Shown here piece by piece: positions 60,841 through 64,000 of a stretch of DNA of 64,000 bases. The notes beneath the pieces are model-generated. The model had not been told where the DNA came from and ran no database searches. It saw only the letters and a list, made by a program, of their open reading frames with translations. A program made the translations under genes and the position numbers. Source of the stretch: Takakia lepidozioides (lineage: Eukaryota > Plantae > Bryophyta); NCBI GenBank assembly GCA_030704615.1, contig CM060733.1:72106001-72170000 (forward strand). Direction: 5' to 3'. Numbering within the stretch: position 1 is the first letter of the stretch; each line of letters begins with the position of its first letter.

Positions 60841-63130
60841 ATGAGCATGAATAGGAGCGAAGACTGGACGAGTGGAATTGTAGGATGGGCTACCTGGGCA
60901 GCGCTTGCAATTGTTGCTGTGTTCGGCTCTCTCCCCTCTGGTCGACATCTAGTGCTGCATCTGCTCAAAGGTGCAAGCTGATATGCTTCTTGTGGTTTTG
61001 AGCAGTATCTAGGGTTTCTAGGCTTATGAGAGATTGAATACTTTCAATAGGGATTTGTCCCTGTAAGCCGAGCATTAGCTGCACAATTAACAGTTTTCTA
61101 TCACCAAAATTGTTGCTCTTTCGTTCTGAATGACAGATTTGCAGTTTTATTGTTGGACTTCAAAGCTCACAATAATCAATTACTATTGTGGCAGGAGCAA
61201 TACAATTAGCAGTAGTGGCTCTTCTGCATCGAGAATGTCCATACAGATTACAGATGAGGACCTGCTGCACTTCATGGAGGTTTTGGAAGAGGCTGCGAAC
61301 GAGGAGGAGGGTTCCTGGGAACATGTCCTGGAAAGGCTGTCTGACAGAGTTGCGTACAGTGCCAAGCGCCGAGATCCGAAGGTTATCTTCGCCCCTCTTC
61401 TTCCGAACTAGACTAGCTCGTGCGTGATTCCCTTTTCAAAGGAAGATTGGAATTGAGGGAGGAGTGATCAAATAGAAACATGCACCCTAGCTACAGGTGT
61501 GCTTCTCTCTTAACGTTCTATGACCAACTGGAGGTAGGCAGCCAAGCCATGGTCGTTTTTGCACATATATGGAAAACTGGACACTAGTGAGATTCATGGG
61601 AAGACCTTATGTTGTAAATGTTTGGGTCAAAAGAAGGATTCATAGATGTTTATGGCGAGACAGTAGGGTTTCAATGAACCATCACTATTGCATATATCAT
61701 CATGCCGAAGGTATATTATGGAGTTGTGACATGTCACATGGCGGAGCCACAGAATACCTAGGCACAACAGTATTTCAAGATTCTTCTACACGGCTGTTGC
61801 GGGATTTCTATATGGACAGTGACTTTCGAGCCAAATGGGACAAAACCCTTGTTCACCATCCACAGCTGGATGTCTGCCAGGTCACTGGAATAGAAGTTGG
61901 GCAAATGGTTAAGAAGTTCCCATTAATGATGGCCAGGGAATATGTGTTGGCATGGCGTGTGTGGGAGGGTGATGACCAATCATACTACTGTTTTCTCAAG
62001 GTCCTTTGACACCCTTCTGCACAAACTTTCAGGTTGTTGGGGTTCTTGAGCTTAAGGCCACCAATTCAGTGTAGGATTCTCTGTAGGGGACTCCCGCAGG
62101 AAGTGGATTAAATTGTTTCTCATGTGTGCATCTACTCTTGGTACAAGAGACATAGAACTAGAACGATGTCTGAGAGGAAGCTGATGATTCAGTTTTGGTT
62201 GGTGGCTAAGCATGCGACCATCCTGATGCCCCCAGGCAGCCCAAGTACAAGCGTGTGGAGGTCTACGTGTCAGGTTGGCGCATCCGCAGAGGTTAGTGGA
62301 ACTTCATGTTTCTTTTTCTCACTTTGTTTTCCTCAATTTCTCTCTTGGCCGTCTCCTTTTAGAGCTAATGAAGCTGCGTTGGCGATGGCCTGACTACTGC
62401 AGCGCATTTAATGTTGTTGAAAACTATTTTTTTCCACCTGTGAATGACTGAGTGCCTAAGCCAAAGTGCTTACATGTTGTGCACTTTCCTGTTAGTAGGC
62501 TTGCTGGGCTTGGGTAGAAGCCTGGCAGTACGTTATTATCAGGTGGTATCCTGCTCACAGGTGACCAACAAAACACGGATTCCATTCATGTGGTGTTACG
62601 TTTTGCAAAGCATATCACACAGATCAATGTTTTCCATCATGGTTGGGGTTTGTGGCAGTGGCAGGCAGGGATGCATGTGAGGTAAAGATGGTGCAGCAGG
62701 AAGACATGGGCATGCAACGTGACATGGCCAAGGTGGCCTTCCGCCGAGGCATTTGGACTTATATCCTCAGAATTTGGACCTGAATCTACGCCAATATGGC
62801 AAGCCTCAACTTCACCCTGGCCTCAACGCTGTGTCCCTTGCTCACAAGGTGCTTTCTCTACCACGAGTGACAACTTTAGTTGTAAATAGTAGCACTGGTT
62901 GGCTCGGGTAAACATTCAAATACATGGGTATAGACATTGTTGTGTCACATGTGAAATGGCATCGCTTCGTCCATGAGTATTTCATAATCATCAGATGGAT
63001 CTATCTAGTTTGATCTCTTCAAGACAGGCCAGAACCGGGGGTCCTTGTCTAACTCAAACTACATTTTGCACTAAACATCTCGCAAATCTGAACTATGGAT
63101 GCTACAGGTACCAGTCACAGTAAAGGAAAG
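60841..63130 (+). pseudogene. START-domain (lipid-binding, PCTP-like) gene, probably pseudogenised; 3' end unresolved
   Basis: Exons about 60841-60970 (TM helix), 61195-61381, about 61737-62000, about 62210-62291, 62659-62848, 63108 onward. LRDFYMDSDFRAKWD, KKFPLMMAREYVLAWRVWE, SGWRIR. Two acceptors lack an in-phase AG; frameshifts in exon 1 and at about 62772. Confidence 0.75.
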
Positions 63131-64000
63131 ATTTCTCAGCCGCTATGATGCCAAGTTTCTGCAACGATGATTCTTTTCAATCAGCTGGTAATGTTGTGCC
63201 AGAAGTTAGTGAGATGAAATGTTAAGTTAGTAATACCTTTTATGGCCATTGAGAATAATTGCAGATGCCAGAGAACTTGGAGAGTGAGAGGGCACTGATG
63301 GGACAGGATGCAAGTAAGGTGGGAAAGGATGACAAGAGTGGCAACGTCCCAGAAGAGATATCCAGCAGTTCCCAAGTTGTAAAGGGGGAGGTTTCCAGTG
63401 ATGATACACAAGGAAATAATCCCGAGAGGAATGAGTTCAATGACTGGCTGAAGATGTTGCCAGTGCAGGCTTCTCTCCTCAAGTGTAGTCTTCAAACCTG
63501 CAGTGCTACTTTAAGCAAGCTTCTTTCGGGCAAGGTTCACCTTCTTCAGAAAGTTTCTTCAGTTTCTCAATTTTTCAATGCTTTGAGGCCCCTGTAAATA
63601 TGGTTACAATCATGGACCTTGTCCATATGAAGGAGCTCCATATTTGTTTACATGGGCAGCAGTGCTGGTGGCCCAGTGTTTGGGAGGGCAGTGGGCACCT
63701 TGCAATCATGGATGCCACAACCTTGGGAGCCTGCAGTAGATGAGGTTCGCTGCAAGCTGGAGCTCTTTATGGAAAGCATCACCTCTTTTGGATTTGACTT
63801 GTATGATCAGACATTAGGAGGGGTGTAAGTGAGAGGACACACATGCATAGATTTGGGTGTGCGTCTTGAAGGTGAGGTGGGAGCATTCAGATCCTGATTT
63901 TGGATACTGATGTTACTGACAGTGTTATCGGTGAAGGTTGTGTCATCAAGGTAGGTTTATTTTGACAGTCGACAATTCGGGGGATTCCTGCTGAGCTAGC

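Overview
Eukaryotic nuclear DNA, most likely from a seed-free land plant (bryophyte-like; inferred from gene content and GT-AG exon structure). Three host genes look intact: a 16-exon NADP-dependent glutamate dehydrogenase with an N-terminal TTF-type zinc finger (4668-13977 +), a 5-exon WBP2/UPF0664-like PH-fold gene (17339-20484 -) and a 4-exon DUF936/CORD-family gene (54528-59207 -). A START-domain gene at the right end (60841 onward, +) looks pseudogenised. About 20.9-53.6 kb is a nested transposon graveyard. It holds a decayed Ty3/Gypsy element with an inverted gag segment, a nested non-autonomous LTR element, a CACTA end, LINE fragments and captured host-gene pieces (UFL1, LeuRS, AlaAT). 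The main result is two unrelated DNA methyltransferase-like genes in mobile-element contexts. The first is a Gypsy-like retroelement (about 43050-48000, -) whose gag-protease polyprotein continues in frame into a complete C5-cytosine methyltransferase domain. It is preceded by an orphan ORF that has a second, mostly synonymously diverged copy at 15394-15543. The second is a spliced, 5'-truncated beta-class N4-cytosine/N6-adenine methyltransferase-like gene (34749-35714, -) next to a CACTA terminus. All homology calls come from recognising motifs by eye; no database searches were run.
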